A DNA stretch of 64,000 bases from Candidatus Omnitrophota bacterium. GTDB taxonomy: Bacteria; Omnitrophota; Gorgyraeia; JABMRG01. Every line of letters begins with the position of its first letter. Positions within the stretch are counted from its first letter, which is position 1. Shown piece after piece: positions 36,011 through 44,642 of the stretch. Location: positions 15,453-79,452 of the forward strand of contig JBHPDT010000001.1 in the NCBI GenBank assembly GCA_042577545.1, read 5' to 3'. The notes beneath the pieces were generated by a model, which saw nothing but the letters and a program-made list of their open reading frames with translations, ran no database searches and had not been told where the DNA came from. The translations under genes and the position numbers were made by a program.

Positions 36011-38110
36011 GTGAGATTTCAAAAAGTTGTGACAATATGTAAAAAGTTATTAAATGCGGTTAGGCTATTACGCAGACCTTATTATGTTTTCTATAGATTG
36101 GGCTCACGAATAAAAATAGAACAAACAATAGCAGACCATGATTTTGTAAATCATTTTTTAATTAAAGAAGCGTTAATAATTAAGGAAGACTTATTGCGGC
36201 ATTTTAGAGAGCGAAAATATGTAAAAACATTTCCTTTTAATGAGATGGATATCAGTGATAACGAGTCAGAGCCATTACTAAGACGCGCTGATGAGGTTCT
36301 AAGCCATAAATTTACTATATTGGGTAAAGCATATCAGTTTCAAAAAGAGATTGATTGGTCATCAGATTTTACTGGTAAAAGCTGGATAAAAGGTCACTAC
36401 ATGGATTTAAATTCTAAGTTATATAAGAATGATCACAAGAACGAACATTATATAGGAGACATTAAGATACCATGGGAATTTAATAAACATGCTCATTTTG
36501 TTACCCTGGGGCAGGCTTATGCTATTACCCGTGATGAGAGATATGCTGAAGAATTTGTGCGTCAGATATTAGATTGGATAGATAAGAACCCATATGAATT
36601 TAATGTAGCTTGGACACAAAATCTTATTGTTGCGCAGCGCGCTATTTCGTGGTCTCTTGCGCTAAATCTTTTTTTAAATTCTCCAAAATTGACACCGATT
36701 TCTTTTATAAAGATCCTCAAATCCCTTATGCAGCATGCGTATTATATAGAAAATCATCTAGAGCTTGCCTCATTGGCTTCAAATCATCTTATGGGCAATT
36801 TATCAGCTTTATTTATCGTATCTGTATTTTATCCTGAGTTTAAGAGATCTAATAAATGGCGTAAGATGTCATTGGGGTTATTATCAGAGGAGATTATACG
36901 GCAGGTCTACTCTGATGGTGTCGATTTTGAACAGTCTATAAACTACCATAGATATGTGATAGATTTTTCTTTAATACCAGCAACCTGGGCGTATTTGAAT
37001 GATAAGAAACTTCCCAAGAGATTTATGAAGCGCCTAGAAAAGATGTTAGAATTTACTATGCATATGACCCAGCCAAATGGGTTGGTACAGCCTATTAGTG
37101 ACGCTGATGGGGCAAGGGTATGGAATTTTTCGAATGCTGATATAAATGACCATAGACCCTCTTTGGCTATAGGAGCGCTGATTTTTAAGAGAGGAGATTT
37201 TAAATATATCGCGGAAGATAAGAGTGAAGATGTGAAGTGGTTATTTGGGAACACTGGTTTTCAAGGGTACAAATCTATCAAGAGTTATCTACCGCATGGG
37301 ACCTCAAAAGCTTTTCGCAAAGGCGGTTACTACATTATGCGGACTGGGTGGGGTAAAGATGATTCATGGTTATTCTTTGATTGCGGTTATGTTGGCATGG
37401 GAAGACATAACAAAAATATGCCATTTGCATCACACGGTCACGATGATATACTGAATTTTGGCCTCTACGCTAAGGGAAGAGTTCTAATTACAGATAGAGG
37501 TTCGTATACATATACAGCGAGCAAGGAATGGCATGATTATTTTAGGAGTTCTAAGGCGCATAATCTTCTAATTATAGATGATGAGAATGAAAGTATACAT
37601 ACAAAGACCTGGACCTTAAAATCTATCGCTATCCCCAAGTTTATAAGATGGCATGAATCAGATGGATATGGCTATGTCTCTGGCAGTCACGATGGGTATG
37701 GTAGGTTGAAATCCCCAGTTTCAGTAATCCGAAGCGTTCTATTTCTTAAGAAAAAAAATCAGATTGTTATTAAGGATATCCTTACAGGTAGAGATCGTCA
37801 TAAGGCTAGTCTGTATTTTCAATTACATCCTGGCATAAAACCTGAAGAAGAGTCGCCGCGTAGATATAGTCTCGGTGATGATATTACTATAACGTCATAT
37901 TTGGAAGATGGAGTAGATGAGATATTAGACAGTTGGTATTCTCCAGATTATGGTATAAAGGTACCATCTAAGGCAATAAGATTTGAATCTTATTTAAATA
38001 TTCCACATAAGATCTATACTGTGATAGATCTAGGGCCTAATGAGCCTTTATCAAGGCAAGGTGTGGAAAAACTGATCGAAGGGTATGAAGAGAGTGTCTT
38101 ATTTAGGTAA
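36011..38110 (+). CDS. Heparinase II/III-like protein
   Basis: 699 aa. N-terminal alpha/alpha toroid-like region (..NVAWTQNLIVAQRAISW..SNHLMGN..). C-terminal His cluster ASHGHDDILNF and KAHNLLIIDD typical of the Hepar_II_III family. Confidence 0.7.
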   Translation: MRFQKVVTICKKLLNAVRLLRRPYYVFYRLGSRIKIEQTIADHDFVNHFLIKEALIIKEDLLRHFRERKYVKTFPFNEMDISDNESEPLLRRADEVLSHKFTILGKAYQFQKEIDWSSDFTGKSWIKGHYMDLNSKLYKNDHKNEHYIGDIKIPWEFNKHAHFVTLGQAYAITRDERYAEEFVRQILDWIDKNPYEFNVAWTQNLIVAQRAISWSLALNLFLNSPKLTPISFIKILKSLMQHAYYIENHLELASLASNHLMGNLSALFIVSVFYPEFKRSNKWRKMSLGLLSEEIIRQVYSDGVDFEQSINYHRYVIDFSLIPATWAYLNDKKLPKRFMKRLEKMLEFTMHMTQPNGLVQPISDADGARVWNFSNADINDHRPSLAIGALIFKRGDFKYIAEDKSEDVKWLFGNTGFQGYKSIKSYLPHGTSKAFRKGGYYIMRTGWGKDDSWLFFDCGYVGMGRHNKNMPFASHGHDDILNFGLYAKGRVLITDRGSYTYTASKEWHDYFRSSKAHNLLIIDDENESIHTKTWTLKSIAIPKFIRWHESDGYGYVSGSHDGYGRLKSPVSVIRSVLFLKKKNQIVIKDILTGRDRHKASLYFQLHPGIKPEEESPRRYSLGDDITITSYLEDGVDEILDSWYSPDYGIKVPSKAIRFESYLNIPHKIYTVIDLGPNEPLSRQGVEKLIEGYEESVLFR

Positions 38111-39248
38111 GAAAATACGAGATTTGCATCGATCATATATATTAGTAACTGATAGGAACATGGCCTACACACTTCGTTCGATTGCAAGAAAGTCGCAGGA
38201 GGGTAGGAGTAAACATGCGCTATATCCTGAAACTATCTATATTGTTGTTAATAACAGTTGTAATCTTAAGTGCAAGATGTGTGACTATGGTCAAGGAGAC
38301 AGTGGTTTTCAGTTCTATAAGATGACAAAGAGGAACGGTCCTGGAGAACTGGATATCGCAAGATTAAAGGTTTTAATCGATGAGGTGAGAAGTTTTAGAC
38401 CGCTGATTGCAGTTACATCAACCGAACCTCTTATGTATAAAGATATACTTGAATTCTTAATATATGTCAAATCCAAAAAACTGAAGATGCAAATTACTAC
38501 AAATGGTTTTCTCTTGCCAAGGTTTGCCGAAGAACTTGTCAAAGATGGTTTAGACATATTGTGGGTTTCATTAGACGGACCGGAATCAGTCCATAATGAG
38601 ATAAGAGGCAATAAGGAGAGCTACAAGAACGCGATTGAAGGCATACAACGCATAATCTCTTATAAACAAAAGAATAATAAGAAAAAGCCCGCTATATATA
38701 TCAATTACACTATAACCGATCATAATTATCATTGTCTCTATGAATTTATGAAGGCTATCGACGGTTTAGATCTTATCTCAATCAATTTTTCACATATGAA
38801 CTATATATCTAGAGATATTGCAGATAGTCATAATAGTAAATTCTCGGATATTTGCAAGGCATATCCGAGTAGTATATTATCAACTAGACCTGAAAATGTA
38901 GACACACAAACATTATTAGAGCAGATTCAGCTTGTTAAGAAACATTATCCAGAAAAAGCATATTTTGTGCCAGATTTGAACTTAATGGATGAGCTTGATA
39001 CTTATTATAAAAGACCAGAGATCTGCTTAGTCTCAAAAGGGCAATGTTTAGTGCCGTGGCGGGCGGCGCAGATCTTGGCAAATGGTGATTGTGTTACAAT
39101 GACAAGATGCTATGACCTTGTATTTGGTAATATCTATAAAAATAGTTTTAAATCGATCTGGAACGATGAGAGATATAAGCAATGGCGAAAAGTTTTATCT
39201 AAACATGGTTCGTTTTTAGCATGTTCCAGATGCTGTGGTATTTTTTAA
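38085..39248 (+). CDS. Radical SAM protein with SPASM-like C-terminal Cys cluster
   Basis: CxxxCxxC (SCNLKCKMCD). C-terminal cysteines CLVPW..GDCVTMTRC..LACSRCCG. Alternative start ATG 38160 (RBS agga) avoids the 26-nt overlap with the upstream gene. Confidence 0.75.
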   Translation: MKRVSYLGKKIRDLHRSYILVTDRNMAYTLRSIARKSQEGRSKHALYPETIYIVVNNSCNLKCKMCDYGQGDSGFQFYKMTKRNGPGELDIARLKVLIDEVRSFRPLIAVTSTEPLMYKDILEFLIYVKSKKLKMQITTNGFLLPRFAEELVKDGLDILWVSLDGPESVHNEIRGNKESYKNAIEGIQRIISYKQKNNKKKPAIYINYTITDHNYHCLYEFMKAIDGLDLISINFSHMNYISRDIADSHNSKFSDICKAYPSSILSTRPENVDTQTLLEQIQLVKKHYPEKAYFVPDLNLMDELDTYYKRPEICLVSKGQCLVPWRAAQILANGDCVTMTRCYDLVFGNIYKNSFKSIWNDERYKQWRKVLSKHGSFLACSRCCGIF

Positions 39249-39263
39249 GAATCCTAGACTATT

Positions 39264-40529
39264 ATGAAAAGATCTAAAAAGACGATATGTATCTTTGTTC
39301 AGAATAATGCCGCTCATGATCCTAGAGTATCTAAGGAAGCACGGATCGCCTCAGAGTATGGTTATAATACCATCGTTATTGGTATATATGACAGGACCCT
39401 CCCTGCGATAGAGAAGAAAGCCTTATATACTATTGTACGAGCGAAGATATTTATATTCGATAATTTACGAAATGTATATAGAAAATTCAAGATAGGCTCT
39501 AAGCATAATTCGGGTAATTTAGCGCCTACCGGGTTTACCAGCCAGAGGCCGAATATAGCTTTAAGAATTTTGTGGTGGTTCACTAGTAATTTTGAACGTC
39601 TTTTTCGAAATATTGTTTTTGTTGTAGCTGCCAAAAGATATAGTCCTGATATCTGCCACTGCTCGGATCTCGATACTTTATTGGCAGGTTTTGTTCTTAA
39701 CAAAATTATAGGTTCTAAGGTGGTCTATGACGCGCATGAACTATATGAGAGCCAGAGTCCCCATTCTCCAAAACTCTGGAAAGAGATCTTATTGTTTTTA
39801 GAGAGAAGACTCGCAAGGCGTGTATCTATAGTAATAGGTGTTAATGAGCATATAGCTAGGACGATAAGCGAACGCGCTAAGATTCGCAGTTACACTGAAA
39901 TTTTAAATTGCCCATATCACAGGCATATCGATAAGCCTGCAGATGATCTATGCTCTGTGGCTAACGGAAAGATAAAAGTTCTCTTTCAAGGAGCGTATAT
40001 GCCATTTCGTGGCTTAAAAGAGCTTATAGAAAGTGGACAGTTTATTAGAGATGCGGTAATTATCTTGATGGGCTATGGTTCTATGGAGAGAGAGCTTAAG
40101 CGTTTAGTTACGCGTCTTAAGTTAGGAGATAAAGTTTTCTTTTTGGACCCCGTGCCGATGGATAAGCTAACTGAAGGGGCGATTGGGGCAGATGTGGGTA
40201 TCATTCCTTATCTACCGGTCTGCGCCAATCATCTATATTGCACTCCTAACAAATTTTTTGATTATATGCATGCGGGCTGCGCTATACTTGCCAGTGATCT
40301 TCCAGAATTGCGGCGCCTTGTAATCAACAACAATATAGGCGATCTTTTTGATGCTAACAACCCTAAAGATATAGCGAATAAGATAAATAAACTCTCTGAG
40401 AACAAGGAAGAGCTGTTTGCTATGAAAGAGAGATCTAGAACTTTAGCTAAAGAGAGATATTATTGGCAGAAAGAGGGCTTAAAACTGGTAGATGTATATG
40501 ACAAGTTACTAGGGCTCAAGGATGAGTGA
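39264..40529 (+). CDS. Glycosyltransferase, GT-B fold (GT4-like)
   Basis: C-terminal donor-binding block TPNKFFDYMHAGCAILASDLPEL. Two-Rossmann layout, 421 aa. Confidence 0.7.
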   Translation: MKRSKKTICIFVQNNAAHDPRVSKEARIASEYGYNTIVIGIYDRTLPAIEKKALYTIVRAKIFIFDNLRNVYRKFKIGSKHNSGNLAPTGFTSQRPNIALRILWWFTSNFERLFRNIVFVVAAKRYSPDICHCSDLDTLLAGFVLNKIIGSKVVYDAHELYESQSPHSPKLWKEILLFLERRLARRVSIVIGVNEHIARTISERAKIRSYTEILNCPYHRHIDKPADDLCSVANGKIKVLFQGAYMPFRGLKELIESGQFIRDAVIILMGYGSMERELKRLVTRLKLGDKVFFLDPVPMDKLTEGAIGADVGIIPYLPVCANHLYCTPNKFFDYMHAGCAILASDLPELRRLVINNNIGDLFDANNPKDIANKINKLSENKEELFAMKERSRTLAKERYYWQKEGLKLVDVYDKLLGLKDE

Positions 40530-40553
40530 AAAAGATAAGGATCTTATAAGATC

Positions 40554-42515
40554 ATGTGTGGTATCGCGGGTATATACAATAATTCAAAGACAGTAAATCC
40601 TCTCCATATAAAGGAGATGACAGATAAGATGCGTCATAGAGGGCCGGATGACGAAGGTTTTCTTGCCTTGAATGTAAAGACAAAGGAGTTTGATAGTCTA
40701 ATAGGTGGTGATAGCAGAATAGATGGCCAGAGAATCGAAACATACAAAAAGCGGTCGCATCTTTTTTTAGGCCATAGAAGATTAGCGATAATTGATACCT
40801 CATCCATGGGGCATCAGCCTATGAGTAACAAAGATGGGACATTGTGGCTCATCTTTAATGGGGAGATCTATAACTATATAGAGCTGCGGGAAGAGCTGTG
40901 TGGCCTTGGATATAGTTTTAAGTCCAATACTGACGCGGAGGTATTATTGGCGGCATATGAAACCTGGGGCGAGGATTGTCTTAAGCGATTTAATGGAATG
41001 TGGGCTTTTGTGATTTATGATAGAAGGAGAAATATCCTCTTTGGCTCTCGTGATCGTTTTGGCGTAAAGCCTTTATATTATTATATCGATAAGGATTATT
41101 TTATCTTTGCATCAGAGATAAAGGCGTTGTTACTCCCATTTATTAAGAGGGAAGTGAATCCCAGAGCTGTTTTTGACTATCTTGTTTTGGGCTTGGAGGA
41201 GAATGAATCAGAGGGATTTTATAAAAATATACACGAGTTAAAGCCCTCATCTAATTTCATATATGATATCGGTACCCACAAGATTAGTACAGAAAACTAT
41301 TATAGTCTTGAATATACGGATAGATGGGAGACCTTCAGTGAAAGCAAATCATATAAGTATATTGAAGGAATAAGAGAGCTTATCTTTAATGCTGTTAACA
41401 TGCGGCTTAGATCAGATGTCCCAGTAGGGTCATGTCTTAGCGGCGGAATTGATAGTTCATCTATAGTGTGTGTAGTAAATAATATTCTTAAAGAGAGGAG
41501 TTTAGAGCAAGTAGGTAAAGAGCAGAATGTATTTACCGCTAGCTTTAATGATAGTTTGATTGATGAGAGCAATTGGGCTAAAATTGTAGTAGAAAATACG
41601 AAGACATCCTGGACAAAGACACTGCCCAATGCCAAGGAGTTTATTAAAGACCTTAAAGATCTAATCTATACGCAAGACATTCCATTCGGATCAACAAGCA
41701 TATATGCGCAATATCGTGTGATGAAGATCGCCCGAGAAAAGGGCGTGAAGGTCCTGTTGGATGGACAGGGAGGGGACGAGGTCTTTACAGGATATCTGCC
41801 CTTTCATAGGGCTTTCTTTGAGGAGATGATAAAAAATTTCTCATTACTGCAATCTGTTAAAGAGTTCAGCAATATTCACAAAGGTAAAAAAGATATGCTC
41901 TTATCATTATCCAAGATGTTTATTACTAAATTATTGCCGCTTAATTATTTGAAAGCTGCCTTCAGAGCGCGCAAACAGATGCCTAGGCATTTAAATAATG
42001 ACTTTTGGGCTCTCCATTCTAATAGAATAGAGGAGAAGAGGGGCCATGCAACCACATCTTTAAATAAGATGCTGCATACTTATATGAGTGGACCCTATTT
42101 AAAATCACTCTTACGATATGAAGATAGGAATTCAATGAGGTTTTCTATAGAAGCGAGGACTCCGTTTGCTGATGATATTGATCTTATTGAGTATCTCTTT
42201 TCGATCCCGTCTGTCTATAAGATACATGACGGATGGAGTAAGTTTTTGTTAAGGCAATCTATGGAAGGCATATTGCCTGATGCGATAAAGTACAGGAGAG
42301 ATAAGATAGGATTTGCCACCCCAGAATATAGGTGGCTAAACGAGTCAAAGGATAATATAAGAGATTATATAACAGATGATCTGAATGAATTTATAGATAC
42401 TAAACAGTTACTTAATAATTGGGAAACGCTTATTAAGAGTCAGCCGAGGCAAGGCATTACCCCCATATGGCGTATAATAAATTTAGGTATTTGGAAGAAA
42501 GTATACGAACTTTAA
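40554..42515 (+). CDS. asnB: Asparagine synthase-type glutamine amidotransferase (AsnB/WbpG-like)
   Basis: Ntn nucleophile MCGIAG, PP-loop SCLSGGIDSS, 653 aa. Located in a glycan locus, which suggests sugar amidation rather than Asn synthesis. Confidence 0.8.
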   Translation: MCGIAGIYNNSKTVNPLHIKEMTDKMRHRGPDDEGFLALNVKTKEFDSLIGGDSRIDGQRIETYKKRSHLFLGHRRLAIIDTSSMGHQPMSNKDGTLWLIFNGEIYNYIELREELCGLGYSFKSNTDAEVLLAAYETWGEDCLKRFNGMWAFVIYDRRRNILFGSRDRFGVKPLYYYIDKDYFIFASEIKALLLPFIKREVNPRAVFDYLVLGLEENESEGFYKNIHELKPSSNFIYDIGTHKISTENYYSLEYTDRWETFSESKSYKYIEGIRELIFNAVNMRLRSDVPVGSCLSGGIDSSSIVCVVNNILKERSLEQVGKEQNVFTASFNDSLIDESNWAKIVVENTKTSWTKTLPNAKEFIKDLKDLIYTQDIPFGSTSIYAQYRVMKIAREKGVKVLLDGQGGDEVFTGYLPFHRAFFEEMIKNFSLLQSVKEFSNIHKGKKDMLLSLSKMFITKLLPLNYLKAAFRARKQMPRHLNNDFWALHSNRIEEKRGHATTSLNKMLHTYMSGPYLKSLLRYEDRNSMRFSIEARTPFADDIDLIEYLFSIPSVYKIHDGWSKFLLRQSMEGILPDAIKYRRDKIGFATPEYRWLNESKDNIRDYITDDLNEFIDTKQLLNNWETLIKSQPRQGITPIWRIINLGIWKKVYEL

Positions 42516-42593
42516 TTCTATATATCTAAAAAGATACAAATAGCCCAAATTTAGTCTTCTGCCTTAGTTGTAAGATCACCCCTTAGAATTTAT

Positions 42594-42621
42594 TTGACAT
42601 GTGGTATTATTGTGATATAAT
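42594..42621 (+). promoter_or_regulatory. Strong sigma70 promoter of the ilv-leu array
   Basis: TTGACA (42594-42599), 16-nt spacer, extended -10 TGaTATAAT (TATAAT at 42616-42621). Leaves a ~165-nt leader before ilvD. Confidence 0.7.
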
Positions 42622-42791
42622 CTCTGACTAAGTACACTAAGTATAATATAACCCCTCGCAGCTTACGTATAGATATGGGTGGCTCGGGATTCAATTCGCA
42701 CATATGATTTATGTCGTGTGGAGTTTATTCTCTGCAGTTTTGGCGAAGTGGGGCACTCCATAAATCATGTGCTCATTGAAGGAGAAAAGGC

Positions 42792-44447
42792 ATGAGAAGT
42801 CGTGTCATTAAGCAGGGCATTGAGAGAGCCCCGCATAGGTCGCTTCTGTACGCTACTGGCGTTAGAAAGGACGATCTTAAGAAGCCGTTTATAGGTATAG
42901 CCTCTAGTTTTACTGACCTTATTCCAGGTCATGTTGATATGAGGCAGCTTGAGCACGCTATCCAGATGGGTGTTCGTTCGGGCGGAGGAGTTCCCTTTGT
43001 CTTTGGAATACCTGGCATATGTGATGGAATAGCTATGGGGCATGCTGGAATGAGGTATTCTCTCGCTTCTAGAGAGCTTATAGCTGATTGTGTTGAATCT
43101 GTTACAATGGCCCATGCCTTAGATGGCCTTGTTCTGCTTACAAATTGTGATAAGATCACACCTGGGATGCTTATGGCAGCTGCCAGACTTGATATACCTG
43201 CTATAGCGGTTACTGCAGGACCCATGGCTTCTGGTATGTATCAGATGAAGAGGCGTTCTTTTGTTAGAGATACGTTTGAGGCTATGGCAAAGAGGCAGAA
43301 TAACGAGATATCTGAGAAGGAGCTAGAGAATCTTGAGATCTGCTCTTGCCCTGGCGCTGGTTCATGTCAGGGGCTTTATACAGCTAATACCATGGCTTGT
43401 GTTACTGAGACACTAGGTATGTCTCTACCTGGATGCGCGACAGCGCTTATGAACTCCGCTAAGAAGAAGAGGATCGCTTTATCAAGCGGCGAACAGATAG
43501 TAACGCTTGTTAAGAAAAACCTTACAACAAATAAGATCATCAACAAGTCCTCTATCTATAATGCCATTATGGTCGATATGGCACTCGGAGGTTCAAGCAA
43601 TACAATGCTTCATATACCAGCTATCGCGCACGAGGCGGGCATTGAGGTGAGTTTATCTGAACTTGACGCTATATGCAAGAAGACTCCGCATATAGCTAAC
43701 ATAAGACCTGGTGGTGAATATTTTATGGAGGATCTTGAATATGCCGGTGGAATACCAGCGGTTCTAAAGAGATTATCTCCTAAGATCCACAATAATATAA
43801 CTGTGACTACAAAATCTTTGAAGGATAATATAAAAGACGCGCCTATCAATGACGATGATATTATAAGAAGTCTTGATAAGGCCTACCACAAGGAGGGTGG
43901 AATAGCCATCTTAAGGGGTAACATTGCCCCAGATGGCTCTGTTGTAAAACAGAGCGCTGTTGATAAGGGGGCTATGACTTTTGTGGGAAAGGCTAGGTGC
44001 TTTAATTCTGAAGAAGAGGCGATGAAGGAGATAATGGCACATAAGATCGAATCCAGAAGTGTTATTGTCATCAGATACGAAGGCCCTAAAGGCGGCCCTG
44101 GGATGAGAGAGATGCTCGCTCCAACCGCTGCTATAGCTGGAATGGGTCTCTCAAAGGAGATAGCTCTTATCACAGATGGTAGATTCTCCGGAGGTACTAG
44201 AGGTCCATGTATCGGACACATATCACCGGAAGCTGCCTCAGGCGGTCCGATAGCGGTAATACGTGATGGCGATCTTATAGAGATAAATATACCAAAGAGA
44301 AAGATCGAGCTTAAGATCTCTAAAACAGAGCTTGAGAAGAGATTGCGCGCATTCAAGCCAAGGAAGCCTAAGGTTAAGACAGGTTATCTGGCTAGATACG
44401 CGAAGCTAGTGCATTCCGCTTCGACCGGAGCAATCGTTAACGTTTAA
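42792..44447 (+). CDS. ilvD: Dihydroxy-acid dehydratase
   Basis: N-terminal [18 protein letters not shown], Fe-S ligand regions CDGIAMGH and CDKITPGM, C-terminal [10 protein letters not shown]. Confidence 0.95.
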   Translation: MRSRVIKQGIERAPHRSLLYATGVRKDDLKKPFIGIASSFTDLIPGHVDMRQLEHAIQMGVRSGGGVPFVFGIPGICDGIAMGHAGMRYSLASRELIADCVESVTMAHALDGLVLLTNCDKITPGMLMAAARLDIPAIAVTAGPMASGMYQMKRRSFVRDTFEAMAKRQNNEISEKELENLEICSCPGAGSCQGLYTANTMACVTETLGMSLPGCATALMNSAKKKRIALSSGEQIVTLVKKNLTTNKIINKSSIYNAIMVDMALGGSSNTMLHIPAIAHEAGIEVSLSELDAICKKTPHIANIRPGGEYFMEDLEYAGGIPAVLKRLSPKIHNNITVTTKSLKDNIKDAPINDDDIIRSLDKAYHKEGGIAILRGNIAPDGSVVKQSAVDKGAMTFVGKARCFNSEEEAMKEIMAHKIESRSVIVIRYEGPKGGPGMREMLAPTAAIAGMGLSKEIALITDGRFSGGTRGPCIGHISPEAASGGPIAVIRDGDLIEINIPKRKIELKISKTELEKRLRAFKPRKPKVKTGYLARYAKLVHSASTGAIVNV

Positions 44448-44448
44448 C

Positions 44449-44635
44449 ATAATTTTAGGATTAAGTCGTAAGGATTAAGAATTAAGAATTTGTTGCTGCG
44501 ATACTTAATACTTAATACTTAATTTTTTATACTAAACAAGGATAATTTTAGGATTAAGTTGTAAGGATTAAGAATTAAGAATTTGTTGCTGCGATACTTA
44601 ATACTTAATCCTTAATCCTTAATACTAAACGAGGA
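44449..44635 (+). repeat. Tandem duplication (2 x ~93 bp) of a CTTAATN-word heptad palindrome including its RBS-like 3' flank
   Basis: Each unit is ataattttaggattaagtYgtaaggattaagaattaagaattt-gttgctgcg-atacttaatacttaat..actaaacRagg. Units start at 44449 and 44542. The second ends at the ilvB RBS. Confidence 0.9.
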
Positions 44636-44642
44636 TAATACC

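Noticed and set aside
24903-42515. Absence of heptad palindromes within the glycan island as evidence for recent horizontal acquisition
   Set aside because: All intergenic gaps in the island are under 50 bp, so there is no room for elements. The absence may simply reflect tight packing. Compositional difference could not be quantified by eye, so the claim is not supportable without computation.
42676-42763. T-box riboswitch or Ile/Val/Leu leader-peptide attenuator in the ilvD leader
   Set aside because: The GGGUGG stretch is not followed by the ACCGCG-type T-box consensus I recall. The leader (~165 nt) shows no recognisable Stem I, specifier or K-turn features by eye. The candidate leader ORFs lack an SD and have only scattered BCAA codons. 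I keep this only as an unclassified structured leader in the findings.
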